A DNA stretch of 39,096 nucleotides from a virus, in the IMG/VR virus record IMGVR_UViG_3300045988_041986, positions 1 through 39,096 of that record; one strand, given 5' to 3'. Made by a program: the position numbers and the translations under genes. Positions 7,397 through 14,880 of this stretch are shown one piece after another. Positions within the stretch are counted from its first letter, which is position 1; the number at the start of each line of letters is the position of its first letter. Below the pieces are notes generated by a model, which saw nothing but the letters and a program-made list of their open reading frames with translations, was not told the DNA's origin and ran no database searches.

Positions 7397-7433
7397 TTCT
7401 TAAAGCTAGTGTTTTGAGTGTTATCGCTTCACT
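7397..7433 (-). repeat. 37-bp conserved leader element, copy 2
   Basis: TTCTTAAAGCTAGTGTTTTGAGTGTTATCGCTTCACT matches 4643-4679 at 34/37. Confidence 0.8.
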
Positions 7434-7439
7434 TATTTG

Positions 7440-7976
7440 CTATTCAATTCCTACTTTACTTAGTACTTCTAATGCATTGCCTACCTTGTGACATTTACGA
7501 ACAGTTGCCATGCTTCTAAAAACATTATGATATTCGTTATAGTACTTTTCTAATGTTTCTAGTGTTCTTCTCTTTAAAGTCTTGAAACATCTTACAGCAT
7601 TTAATACTGTCTGCACATCTTCGTTACTTTCTAACTTGATACATTTAAGAGTATCAACGTTTACGCTTTTATCTTTTCTTACTTCACATAAAGGTAGGTA
7701 TTCACTAGTTGTATTAATATCCCATACAATGTAATCCTTAGGGAATGTATCAACAACTTCAAACTTTAAGCCGTCAATGTCTGCAATGCTTACCTTTTCA
7801 GTTGTTTCTTCTTCAATATCGAACCACCATAAGCGTAAATCTTCTGCATATGGGTATTCTGTTTCTAATGTTTTTGAACGATTGTCAAACTTAACAGTAT
7901 AGCCATCAATCTCAAACATCCCACCGTTATTAAATTCTCTATAATTCTTAATCATTGTTTCGTTAAATTCTTTCAT
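7440..7976 (-). CDS. Hypothetical protein inserted between the DnaD-like and DnaC-like genes
   Basis: 178-aa ORF driven by promoter cassette C. No recognised domain. Confidence 0.55.
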   Translation of the reverse strand: MKEFNETMIKNYREFNNGGMFEIDGYTVKFDNRSKTLETEYPYAEDLRLWWFDIEEETTEKVSIADIDGLKFEVVDTFPKDYIVWDINTTSEYLPLCEVRKDKSVNVDTLKCIKLESNEDVQTVLNAVRCFKTLKRRTLETLEKYYNEYHNVFRSMATVRKCHKVGNALEVLSKVGIE

Positions 7977-8007
7977 TTTCTTTTACCTTTTACCTTTCTT
8001 CTTTTCG

Positions 8008-8074
8008 TTATTATAATATCATAATATGAAAGCGATTGCAATACTTTTTGGCGTATTTTGTTTCTATTTGAAAC
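8008..8074 (-). promoter_or_regulatory. Promoter cassette C: palindrome GTTTCTATTTGAAAC, A-tract spacer, -35 TTGCAA, 17 bp, TGn-TATTAT
   Basis: Positions are -10 at 8013-8018, -35 at 8036-8041 and palindrome at 8060-8074. It is a paralog of cassette B. Confidence 0.6.
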
Positions 8075-8902
8075 TTATTTGCCGTAGAACATTTTCATGA
8101 GATCCTCTTCGGATTCGTATCCATTCTGGTCGTATTTCTTTTCTGGCTGTTTCTCCTGCTTTGTATATTCATCCTTTAATGGGAAGATTCCTTGCCAGTT
8201 ATGCGTTATTGACTGATTAATGATAGCGATCTTTGTCGTGTCGTTATTTCCCAATTCATCAAGTTTCTTCAGCATGAGTTTGAGAGCATACTCTGTCATA
8301 GGTTTCTTAATGAATGATCTCATCTGAACAAATGCTTTCAGTGCATTCTGAAGTTCTTCATTTTCTGTGTATTCAGTAATCTGTTCATCATACGACTTGG
8401 TTTGCTTCTTTGGCTTTCTTTCTTTCTTATTATCTTTAAGCACTTCTATTTCTTTTTCTAAGCATTTAATTTTTTCTTTTAAAGCATTTGTTTCTTCATT
8501 GCCACTTGTACAATTTTCTACTTGTTGATTTTGGGTATTGTTGATATTTTGCACTTTTATCTTGATTTCATCAGCTTTTCTTTCATTCACAAGGTACGAA
8601 ACCTTTATGAACCAGCCTTCGATTTTTCCATCTTTTCTACGCTGAACAATATCAATCAGACCGTGTTCCTTCAACGCCTGCTTTGTTTTCTGAATCTTTG
8701 AAATGCCCCATTTAAGTGACTTCTTCACATACTGATCATTTGCCTTTACAGTGTTCGTTTTCTGCCACTTTGCTGTTTTGTAATAAAACACATACAGTGC
8801 AATGCAATCAGCACAATTTTCAAGCTGAAATAACCTATCAACAGTTATTTTGTTAAGGATCAACAGATTATCTGCAATGTCATTTAATTTAATATCATTC
8901 AT
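8075..8902 (-). CDS. DnaD-domain replication protein (replisome organizer / initiator)
   Basis: The MNDIKLNDI start at 8902 is preceded by AGGAGGG. The N-terminal part is winged-helix-like. The C-terminal part NALKAFVQMRSFIKKPMTEYALKLMLKKL...IINQSITHNWQGIF resembles a DnaD/DnaB_2 domain. Confidence 0.6.
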   Translation of the reverse strand: MNDIKLNDIADNLLILNKITVDRLFQLENCADCIALYVFYYKTAKWQKTNTVKANDQYVKKSLKWGISKIQKTKQALKEHGLIDIVQRRKDGKIEGWFIKVSYLVNERKADEIKIKVQNINNTQNQQVENCTSGNEETNALKEKIKCLEKEIEVLKDNKKERKPKKQTKSYDEQITEYTENEELQNALKAFVQMRSFIKKPMTEYALKLMLKKLDELGNNDTTKIAIINQSITHNWQGIFPLKDEYTKQEKQPEKKYDQNGYESEEDLMKMFYGK

Positions 8903-8923
8903 GGTTAGTAACCCTCCTATTTC

Positions 8924-8974
8924 AAAAAACAAAAAACCGCATCACATTAAGTCCGCCAACCTAATGCAATACGG
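8924..8974 (-). terminator. Terminator-like hairpin plus T6-G-T6 immediately upstream of the DnaD-like RBS
   Basis: On the minus strand CCGTATTGCATTA pairs with TAATGTGATGCGG (10 Watson-Crick and 3 G-U pairs, 12-nt loop), followed by TTTTTTGTTTTTT. Confidence 0.45.
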
Positions 8975-8981
8975 TTCATGT

Positions 8982-9033
8982 ACCTATTCAGTTTCATTCA
9001 CTGCTATTCAGCAATGGCGGTTACTGAATAGGT
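8982..9033 (-). promoter_or_regulatory. 10-bp perfect stem upstream of the terminator-like hairpin (structured leader or origin element)
   Basis: ACCTATTCAG (8982-8991) and CTGAATAGGT (9024-9033) are exact reverse complements. Confidence 0.4.
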
Positions 9034-9082
9034 GGTGTAGATTTCTACTACTTTTTAATTTTATCATCGCATCGTGATTAAG

Positions 9083-9481
9083 TCAACACATTTTGCCGAC
9101 TTTCGTTTCTTTTTGAAACTTCTTGATGTCTTTACTTGTAACGATGCTGATTGTGTAATCTGGATTTTTGTATTCAAACAGTTTTTGCTTTAAACGGAAA
9201 ACGTCCGTAATTACCGCTGTAGAGCCTTTTACGTCCTCGATGATATAACTATCATCTTCACACAAGATGTATCTGAAATCGGCTTTATACACGGTTCTAC
9301 GCCATGTCTTGCCATTCTTCTTGAATGATGGTATAAGCTCAAAAGAAGGCTGTAATTCCAACTCTCTTATAACTCCTGCACGTTCCAGAATCTTCAGTTG
9401 TGCATACCGTTCAGCTTCAAGTTTCGAATCGAACTTGATGCCATCAACAACCGTCTTTGTATTGTGATATTTTCTATACAA
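9083..9481 (-). CDS. DUF1064 family endonuclease (putative Holliday-junction resolvase-like)
   Basis: YHNTKTVVDGIKFDSKLEAERYAQLKILERAGVIRELELQPSF...YKADF...EDVKG matches the DUF1064 pattern. TTG start with GAGGTGA RBS. Confidence 0.65.
   Translation of the reverse strand: MYRKYHNTKTVVDGIKFDSKLEAERYAQLKILERAGVIRELELQPSFELIPSFKKNGKTWRRTVYKADFRYILCEDDSYIIEDVKGSTAVITDVFRLKQKLFEYKNPDYTISIVTSKDIKKFQKETKVGKMC
9105..9119. promoter_or_regulatory. Perfect copy of the GTTTC-N5-GAAAC palindrome inside the 3' end of the DUF1064 gene
   Basis: GTTTCTTTTTGAAAC read directly from the sequence. Confidence 0.5.
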
Positions 9482-9491
9482 TCAAATCACC

Positions 9492-9809
9492 TCACAGATA
9501 AGATTTTCCGAAAATGTCGATAAATTCATCTGTTGTCCATGAATACTCGTCCATGGCTCTTTCCTGCCCCAATTTTTTTAGATACATATCAAATTCATGC
9601 CCTTTTCGGTTATGCACGCCATACTCAGACATGTTGTGATCTTCAGGTCTGATGAATACGACAAGACCATACTTGATTGATTTTTTCCTGTTGGCAGTGC
9701 CGAAAAAAACCTCATGCCTTACAGTTCCATATAACCGTTCTGAATAATATCGATAACAGTGGTCCTTCGTAAAGAACATGCCATCATGCATTATACTATA
9801 CTCAGTCAT
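9492..9809 (-). CDS. Hypothetical protein
   Basis: 105-aa ORF overlapping its neighbours in operon fashion. Confidence 0.5.
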   Translation of the reverse strand: MTEYSIMHDGMFFTKDHCYRYYSERLYGTVRHEVFFGTANRKKSIKYGLVVFIRPEDHNMSEYGVHNRKGHEFDMYLKKLGQERAMDEYSWTTDEFIDIFGKSYL

Positions 9810-10261
9810 TTTTCCCTCATTTCTATGTACTTCAGTTTTGCAACCTCATCAGGTGTCAGTGTTGGTATTCCGACTCCTTCACACTCGCTGATTAACCCAT
9901 CCAGAAGCACTGAAAATTCTTTGCTGTCCATCTGTGATGAGCCTTTATAAATCTTGTAATGCGTGAACTCCTTACCGTTTACCGTACCTTTGCCTATCTC
10001 CTCATAATACTTGAAATATCCATGTAGGATCACGTCTGAACGAATGCTCACAACTTCATACTGTCCATATCGTTTCAGCATAAGAAAGTGGCATTCTTGG
10101 TTATCCATTCTCATAATGCTCGCCAGCTGGTTGAGTAAAGACCAGTAGTACGCATTGGCTGTCAATGATCTTTTCGATTTCTTCTCTTTGATCTCATACA
10201 GCTTTTCTGCATCCTGCTGGTCGAACAACCACTGGATGATAGCTTTTGCATTTCCTATCAT
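9806..10261 (-). CDS. NinB/Orf-like recombination mediator (tentative)
   Basis: KRSLTANAYYWSLLNQLA and SSQMDSKEFSVLLDGLISECEGVGI resemble the lambda NinB pattern (RSLDQN..W ... S.M...EF..LL). Confidence 0.4.
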   Translation of the reverse strand: MIGNAKAIIQWLFDQQDAEKLYEIKEKKSKRSLTANAYYWSLLNQLASIMRMDNQECHFLMLKRYGQYEVVSIRSDVILHGYFKYYEEIGKGTVNGKEFTHYKIYKGSSQMDSKEFSVLLDGLISECEGVGIPTLTPDEVAKLKYIEMREK

Positions 10262-10272
10262 GCCATTACCAC

Positions 10273-10698
10273 CTAGAATGGCAAATCAGACGAATCTATG
10301 TCATATCCGTATCCTGGATTCCCCAAGCCATTATAAGGATCACTCTTATTTTGATTGCTAGGGCTATCAGATGGCATTTCACGGTTCTTAGTTTCTAAAA
10401 ACTCAACATGATTAACTAATACTTCTGTAACATACACTGTTCTCCCATGACTATCTTCATAATTCCTTGTTCTGATAGAGCCATTAACTGCAATTCTGTC
10501 TCCTTTATGAACGTACTGCTCTAAAAGTTCAGCCGTCTTTTTCCATGCCACGCACTGAATGAAATCTGCTTCCTGCCCGTCATTTGTCTTGAAATCCCTG
10601 TTGACGGCAATAGTGAAACTTGCAACAGCCGTGCCATTTCCTGTCCTTCTTAGGTCAATGTCCCTTGTAGTACGTCCAATTAATACAACTGTATTCAC
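10273..10698 (-). CDS. ssb: Single-stranded DNA-binding protein
   Basis: OB-fold N-terminus VNTVVLIGRTTRDIDLRRTGNGTAVASFTIAVNR and acidic tail DSSDLPF. GTG start overlaps the upstream stop (GTGA), with a GGAGGAA RBS. Confidence 0.85.
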   Translation of the reverse strand: MNTVVLIGRTTRDIDLRRTGNGTAVASFTIAVNRDFKTNDGQEADFIQCVAWKKTAELLEQYVHKGDRIAVNGSIRTRNYEDSHGRTVYVTEVLVNHVEFLETKNREMPSDSPSNQNKSDPYNGLGNPGYGYDIDSSDLPF

Positions 10699-11291
10699 TT
10701 TTCGTGTTCCTCCAAAAATTTTTCGATTAATTCCCATGCCATGCCCTCGTTTACAGGGCTGTCAATAACTTTCCTGATGCCATCTCTGAGATGTATGATC
10801 TTCAGAAATTTTGCATCAACTCCGTAGCTTTGCATCAATCCAATTCTGTATAAATTCAGCTGATATGCGATTTTTTCTTTGTTTAAAGAACTGACGGTTT
10901 TAATATCCGCAACGCCAGTTTTACCATCCATCAACATTGTCATGTCTAACCGTCCACACGCAATCGGCATATCATCCTTGAAAATCACAATCGGCAACTC
11001 GCTGTCTAGAACCTCGAACCCATATTGTTTCTGCAGAAACTTAAAATTTCGCACTGCTTCGCTTCCATCATCATAACCAGAAACATTAAAGTTTTCGATT
11101 GCCTTATGTACTGCCGTGCCTCGTTTAGATGCATTATCCAACACGGCAGGTGGTACACTTGCATAATCGTTTCTATACTTCACGCCAAGAATCTGTGTGA
11201 CACTTGGCAACATAAGCCCATCATACAGATATGTATGAGTATCATCGAAATATTCAAGCGTACCGCCTTTAATGCTGAATGTTTCCATCAT
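10695..11291 (-). CDS. PD-(D/E)XK (RecB/Cas4-like) exonuclease
   Basis: Motifs HTY...PSVTQIL, GTAVHKAIE, GRLD, VADIKT (D/ExK) and QLNLY. Confidence 0.7.
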   Translation of the reverse strand: MMETFSIKGGTLEYFDDTHTYLYDGLMLPSVTQILGVKYRNDYASVPPAVLDNASKRGTAVHKAIENFNVSGYDDGSEAVRNFKFLQKQYGFEVLDSELPIVIFKDDMPIACGRLDMTMLMDGKTGVADIKTVSSLNKEKIAYQLNLYRIGLMQSYGVDAKFLKIIHLRDGIRKVIDSPVNEGMAWELIEKFLEEHEK

Positions 11292-11602
11292 TTCACCGTG
11301 ATGCGGATGGATGGTTTTACTTTTGATATTTTGGCGTACAAGTCGTATACATCAGGATTTTCTTCTTTAAAAGTCTTGGTGTTAAACTTTTCTGTGTCAT
11401 GCTCTGGAATGAATGCGATTTTCAGAAACTCATTGTCAATCTTTAATACGCCGTACTTCTGCATAGCATCAAGAATATCTTTCTTCATGCTGTCCTGCTG
11501 TTTCTTAATCTCTTTCGCCTGCTTCTCAAGGCTTACAATCTTCTCGCATACTTCTTCAGAAAAAGTAACGTCTGATCCTGTTCTTTCAATAATATTAACC
11601 AT
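11288..11602 (-). CDS. Siphovirus Gp157-like protein
   Basis: Coiled-coil segment followed by KIDNEFLKIAFIPEHDTEKFNTK...SIRITVK, resembling the Gp157 C-terminal half. ATG at 11602 overlaps the upstream stop. Confidence 0.4.
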   Translation of the reverse strand: MVNIIERTGSDVTFSEEVCEKIVSLEKQAKEIKKQQDSMKKDILDAMQKYGVLKIDNEFLKIAFIPEHDTEKFNTKTFKEENPDVYDLYAKISKVKPSIRITVK

Positions 11603-11885
11603 TGTTTTCATCATCCTCATAGTCAAATTTGATAAAATTATACTTTCCGATAACTCTTTTAATTGTCTTTTTGTTTGCTCCTGTAAGCATCAACAATGTT
11701 TTTTCAACATCTGAACCAATGCCAACATCACAAGTTTCAAGCACAGTTGCTCTTTTCTCTCCGAACTGCGTATCAACTAACACTTCGTCACCACTATTGA
11801 TGTTTGAAAAAAACGGTGCATAGAACAGATATGTCTTGCCATTATCAGTGTGTTTACACGCTACATACTTAACGTAATTATTCAT
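11595..11885 (-). CDS. Hypothetical protein
   Basis: 96-aa ORF with an acidic tail. The start overlaps the stop of the ERF gene. Confidence 0.5.
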   Translation of the reverse strand: MNNYVKYVACKHTDNGKTYLFYAPFFSNINSGDEVLVDTQFGEKRATVLETCDVGIGSDVEKTLLMLTGANKKTIKRVIGKYNFIKFDYEDDENNG

Positions 11886-12495
11886 GATTTTCCGCCTTTC
11901 TCTGCTTCATGTTCTTTCCGATCAACTCACTTGCCTTCGACATCGGCATATCTTCCAGCTTTTCGATATTGTTCATCTTTAACAGCTTTATAAGATTCTC
12001 GCCTGTATAAATCTTGCTCAATAATACGATTTGTCTTGGCGATGCCTTGCGTTCCGTGCTGTTCGTTGCTTCATCATCATTGCCATCCGTATCTTCCTCT
12101 GTTGCCATGCCAAGGAATGCACCTAATGAGTAACGCTTGCGGTATGTGATCTCTGCACCTTCATCCTGTATCTTCGCACCTTCCTTTACTGTAAACGGAT
12201 AAGTACTTGTTTCAAATACGTGACCGCTCTTGTGTACAAGAATGCACTTAACGCCACACACCCCGTTTTCATCAATGCCGATAGGCTGAAGTAATGCAAA
12301 GTTCTTATTTTCTTTGATTTTGTTTAAAATATTGTCTAGTGGCACATAATCAAATGCCTTTCGCATCCATTCCCCTGTGTTCCTGTTCTTCACTGAATAG
12401 TTGACCTGTGCGGACTTTTCAAGTCCTTTCAATTGGTTGACTAATTCAATCAAATCTGTTGCGATTTCTGGTGTAATGTTTTCAAATCCTTTCAT
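11878..12495 (-). CDS. ERF-family single-strand annealing protein
   Basis: FDYVPLDNILNKI...LLQP...CILVHKSGH...EITYRKRYSLGAFLGMATEEDTDGNDDE matches the ERF pattern. The MKGFEN start is at 12495. Confidence 0.75.
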   Translation of the reverse strand: MKGFENITPEIATDLIELVNQLKGLEKSAQVNYSVKNRNTGEWMRKAFDYVPLDNILNKIKENKNFALLQPIGIDENGVCGVKCILVHKSGHVFETSTYPFTVKEGAKIQDEGAEITYRKRYSLGAFLGMATEEDTDGNDDEATNSTERKASPRQIVLLSKIYTGENLIKLLKMNNIEKLEDMPMSKASELIGKNMKQRKAENHE

Positions 12496-12604
12496 TTTTC
12501 TTGTTTTCCTTTCTTTTTGAAACATCAATTTCGTACTGTTTAATAATTTTTCTTAATTCTTCTGCTTGCCCTCTTTTTACGATTTCTGCTACGATATCTA
12601 ACAT
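12482..12604 (-). CDS. Small K/E-rich ORF (40 aa), uncertain
   Basis: MLDIVAEIVKRGQAEELRKIIKQYEIDVSKRKENKKNERI. GGGAG lies 10 nt upstream of the ATG. It overlaps the ERF start. Confidence 0.3.
   Translation of the reverse strand: MLDIVAEIVKRGQAEELRKIIKQYEIDVSKRKENKKNERI
12509..12523. promoter_or_regulatory. One-mismatch copy of the palindrome (CTTTCTTTTTGAAAC)
   Basis: Read directly. It lies within the small ORF just upstream of the ERF start. Confidence 0.3.
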
Positions 12605-12609
12605 TTTTT

Positions 12610-12804
12610 TCAGCTCCCAATAATCAAATTCGCATATTCATATCCAAACACTTTGCAAAAAACTTTGACAAGCTCTGTAGAAGGATTATGCGTTCCTTGC
12701 TCAATACAAGCATAATGGCTCGTTGATATTCCAAGCATTTCTGCAACGTCCTTCTGAGTAAAACCCTTTGAAATTCTGAATGCTTTCAATTCTGCTCTTT
12801 TCAT
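12610..12804 (-). CDS. Cro-like XRE-family HTH regulator
   Basis: MKRAELKAFRISKGFTQKDVAEMLGISTSHYACIEQG. The ATG at 12804 is preceded by AAAGGGGG. It is divergent from the CI-like gene. Confidence 0.75.
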   Translation of the reverse strand: MKRAELKAFRISKGFTQKDVAEMLGISTSHYACIEQGTHNPSTELVKVFCKVFGYEYANLIIGS

Positions 12805-12828
12805 TTCGTGCCCCCTTTCATGCATTAC

Positions 12829-12856
12829 ATTATAAACCCTTGTAATCAAATTGCAA
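12829..12856 (-). promoter_or_regulatory. Early lytic promoter: -35 TTGCAA, 16 bp, -10 TATAAT
   Basis: The -10 is at 12829-12834 and the -35 at 12851-12856 on the minus strand, upstream of the cro-like gene. Confidence 0.55.
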
Positions 12857-12863
12857 CTACTTT

Positions 12864-12877
12864 TCATCAAATGATGA
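12864..12877. promoter_or_regulatory. 14-bp perfect palindrome TCATCAAATGATGA, candidate operator
   Basis: It lies between the divergent promoters, and an ATCATC half-site recurs at 12914-12919. Confidence 0.4.
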
Positions 12878-12887
12878 TTATTTTTTA

Positions 12888-12917
12888 TTGTTTCAAATAG
12901 CAACCATATGTTATCAT
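12888..12917 (+). promoter_or_regulatory. Candidate repressor-gene promoter (TTGTTT, 18 bp, TGn-TATCAT) overlapping a one-mismatch palindrome copy
   Basis: GTTTCAAATAGCAAC at 12890-12904 overlaps the -35. The -10 TATCAT is at 12912-12917, preceded by TG. Confidence 0.35.
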
Positions 12918-12951
12918 CGAAATATAAACTTTTTAGGTGGTGTAAAGAATA

Positions 12952-13293
12952 ATGATCAACAATAAATCAATCGGAAGGAAACTCAAAGAACTACGCATCT
13001 CCCGTGACCTTAAACAGTCTGAGCTTGCTGAACTTGTCGGGCTTTCTCGCCCTGCCATATCAAATATTGAGTCTGGAAAGCGGTCTTTAACCCTTTCAAC
13101 TCTGAAACGTTTTTGCGAGGTTTACGGTATAGACATTTCATATTTTGGCATTGATACGTCAAGCTATGATGAAGCAACAGACCTCACACTGCGCATCGAG
13201 TCTCTGTTTCACGATCTTCCTGAACCTGAGAAGGATGAACTGTATCTGAAGATAATGAAACTGTACCTCGACAGCAAGAATGTTTCTGATTGA
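12952..13293 (+). CDS. CI-like XRE-family repressor
   Basis: IGRKLKELRISRDLKQSELAELVGLSRPAISNIESGKRS is a canonical XRE HTH. The gene is on the plus strand, divergent from the cro-like gene and upstream of the integrase. Confidence 0.8.
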   Translation: MINNKSIGRKLKELRISRDLKQSELAELVGLSRPAISNIESGKRSLTLSTLKRFCEVYGIDISYFGIDTSSYDEATDLTLRIESLFHDLPEPEKDELYLKIMKLYLDSKNVSD

Positions 13294-13468
13294 AACCATC
13301 TGTCGAAAAAAAAGAGTTGTCTAACTCATACTCAATTTTGAGATCTTCCTGTTCAGCATAAAGATTAAACAGCAAAGAATAGAAACTTTCAGCGTCCATA
13401 TGCTCACCGCCTTTCAATGGCTAGTATGGACTGCTTTTTTTATTTTCAATCAATCGGAGGTATTTTTT

Positions 13469-14803
13469 ATGAGAAAAAAACTGCGAGTGGCAGGATATGC
13501 TCGTGTTTCAACAGATGAACAAAAAAAATATGGCTACTCAATACAGGCACAGACTGAAGAAATAACGCAATGGTGCAACGACAACGATCATGCCCTGCAA
13601 CATATCTACATTGACGAAGGCTACTCAGCAAGCACCATGAAGCGCCCACAACTGCAAGCCATGCTGTCAAATCTGAAAAATCTTGACGCAATCGCTTTTA
13701 CACGCCTTGACCGTCTTTCACGTAACGTTCTTGAAGCTAATAAGATGCTTGAACTTCTTCAACAAAACAATGTCGCCATGATTTCCATATGTGAGGACGA
13801 TATAAACACGTCCACTGCGAACGGATTGTTCATGTTCAACCTAAAAGTCAACCTTGCAGAACATGAATTAAAAAAAGGCTCTGAACGCATCAAAGCCGTA
13901 TTTGAATACAAAGTCGCACAAGGTCAACCTATAACTGGGAACGTTCCTTTTGGTTACAGGATTGCCACAGAAAACGGCAATAAACGCATTGCAATTGATG
14001 AATCCAAAGCACCAATCGTAAAAGACATTTTCGAATCATTTCTCCTGCATCAATCAGTCCATTACACTGTCGAATACGTCAACCAGAAATACGGACTGTC
14101 TCGACCTTACATGTCCTACATGCACATATTAAAGAATGAATTTTATGCAGGATCATATCGTGGAAACTCCAACTACGCCGAGCCATACATCACGAAAGAC
14201 ACATACAATGCCGTTCAGACCGCATTACAAGCCAATATACGCACAGGAATACAACGCCATGTATATTTATTCACTGGACTGTTAAGATGCCCAGAATGCC
14301 GTTCTAAGCTTGTTGGAGTGAGCCATCCAAAAGGTGGCAAACGATATTATTACTATAGATGCAACAATGCCCACTCAGTGCATACCTGCACCCACAAAAA
14401 GCACTATGCGGAACTGGCAACAGAAAAATATCTGCTGTCTAATCTTGATGACCTGCTTAAAGATCATATAGCAACAATATCAAGCATCACATCTGAAACA
14501 AAAGACACAACCGAAAAGGAATTAAAAGAACTAAGAAAAGAACTTGATAATCTGAATTATATCTTCATCAAAAAGCGTATGCCTGTAAGTACCTATGAGC
14601 GCCTATATGCAGAAACGGAAGACAAAATAAAAAGGCTTGAATCTTTCAAGCCTCAAAGCACTGATCATCTTAACCAGTTTTTGAACAGCGGTTGGCGCTC
14701 AATATATGATAACCTCACACGTGAGAACAAGCGCACCCTGTGGCGAAATGTTCTTGATTCTGTCCATGTTTCACCTGATGGAATAGAAGTTTTCTTCAAG
14801 TAA
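13469..14803 (+). CDS. Large serine recombinase (integrase)
   Basis: MRKKLRVAGYARVSTDEQ resolvase catalytic N-terminus, a recombinase domain, a zinc ribbon CPECRSKL...YYYRCNN and a C-terminal coiled coil. GGAGG RBS. The track ORF starts at 13400. Confidence 0.9.
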   Translation: MRKKLRVAGYARVSTDEQKKYGYSIQAQTEEITQWCNDNDHALQHIYIDEGYSASTMKRPQLQAMLSNLKNLDAIAFTRLDRLSRNVLEANKMLELLQQNNVAMISICEDDINTSTANGLFMFNLKVNLAEHELKKGSERIKAVFEYKVAQGQPITGNVPFGYRIATENGNKRIAIDESKAPIVKDIFESFLLHQSVHYTVEYVNQKYGLSRPYMSYMHILKNEFYAGSYRGNSNYAEPYITKDTYNAVQTALQANIRTGIQRHVYLFTGLLRCPECRSKLVGVSHPKGGKRYYYYRCNNAHSVHTCTHKKHYAELATEKYLLSNLDDLLKDHIATISSITSETKDTTEKELKELRKELDNLNYIFIKKRMPVSTYERLYAETEDKIKRLESFKPQSTDHLNQFLNSGWRSIYDNLTRENKRTLWRNVLDSVHVSPDGIEVFFK

Positions 14804-14880
14804 AAAGCAGACATTTCTGCCTGCCCTTTACTAGGAGAATTTATGACCAATGTAAGCCACATCTATAATATACATCAATC

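Noticed and set aside
5186-8074. Repeated 60-70-bp elements considered as a CRISPR-like array or iterated satellite
   Set aside because: There are only three copies, separated by 1.2-1.5 kb of coding sequence. Each has clear -35/-10 geometry upstream of a gene, so they are duplicated promoters, not a repeat-spacer array.
8903-9082. Possible tRNA or other canonical RNA gene in the structured intergenic region
   Set aside because: I could not fold it into a cloverleaf with an acceptor stem and T-arm consensus. The stems found fit a leader, terminator or origin better. A tRNAscan/Infernal run would be needed to exclude an RNA gene formally.
9492-9809. The 105-aa protein vaguely recalls a small Cys/His-containing phage family (..FG.ANR..S..YGL...H....GVH..) with the metal ligands lost
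   Set aside because: The resemblance rests only on my recollection of unnamed hypothetical proteins and cannot be supported without a database search. The gene is left as hypothetical.
11025-11714. 229-aa plus-strand ORF, the longest plus-strand ORF outside the lysogeny module
   Set aside because: It is entirely antisense to three well-supported minus-strand genes (PD-(D/E)XK nuclease, Gp157-like, 96-aa protein). Its translation is Cys/Phe/Ile/Ser-rich shadow-frame noise, and it has no RBS.
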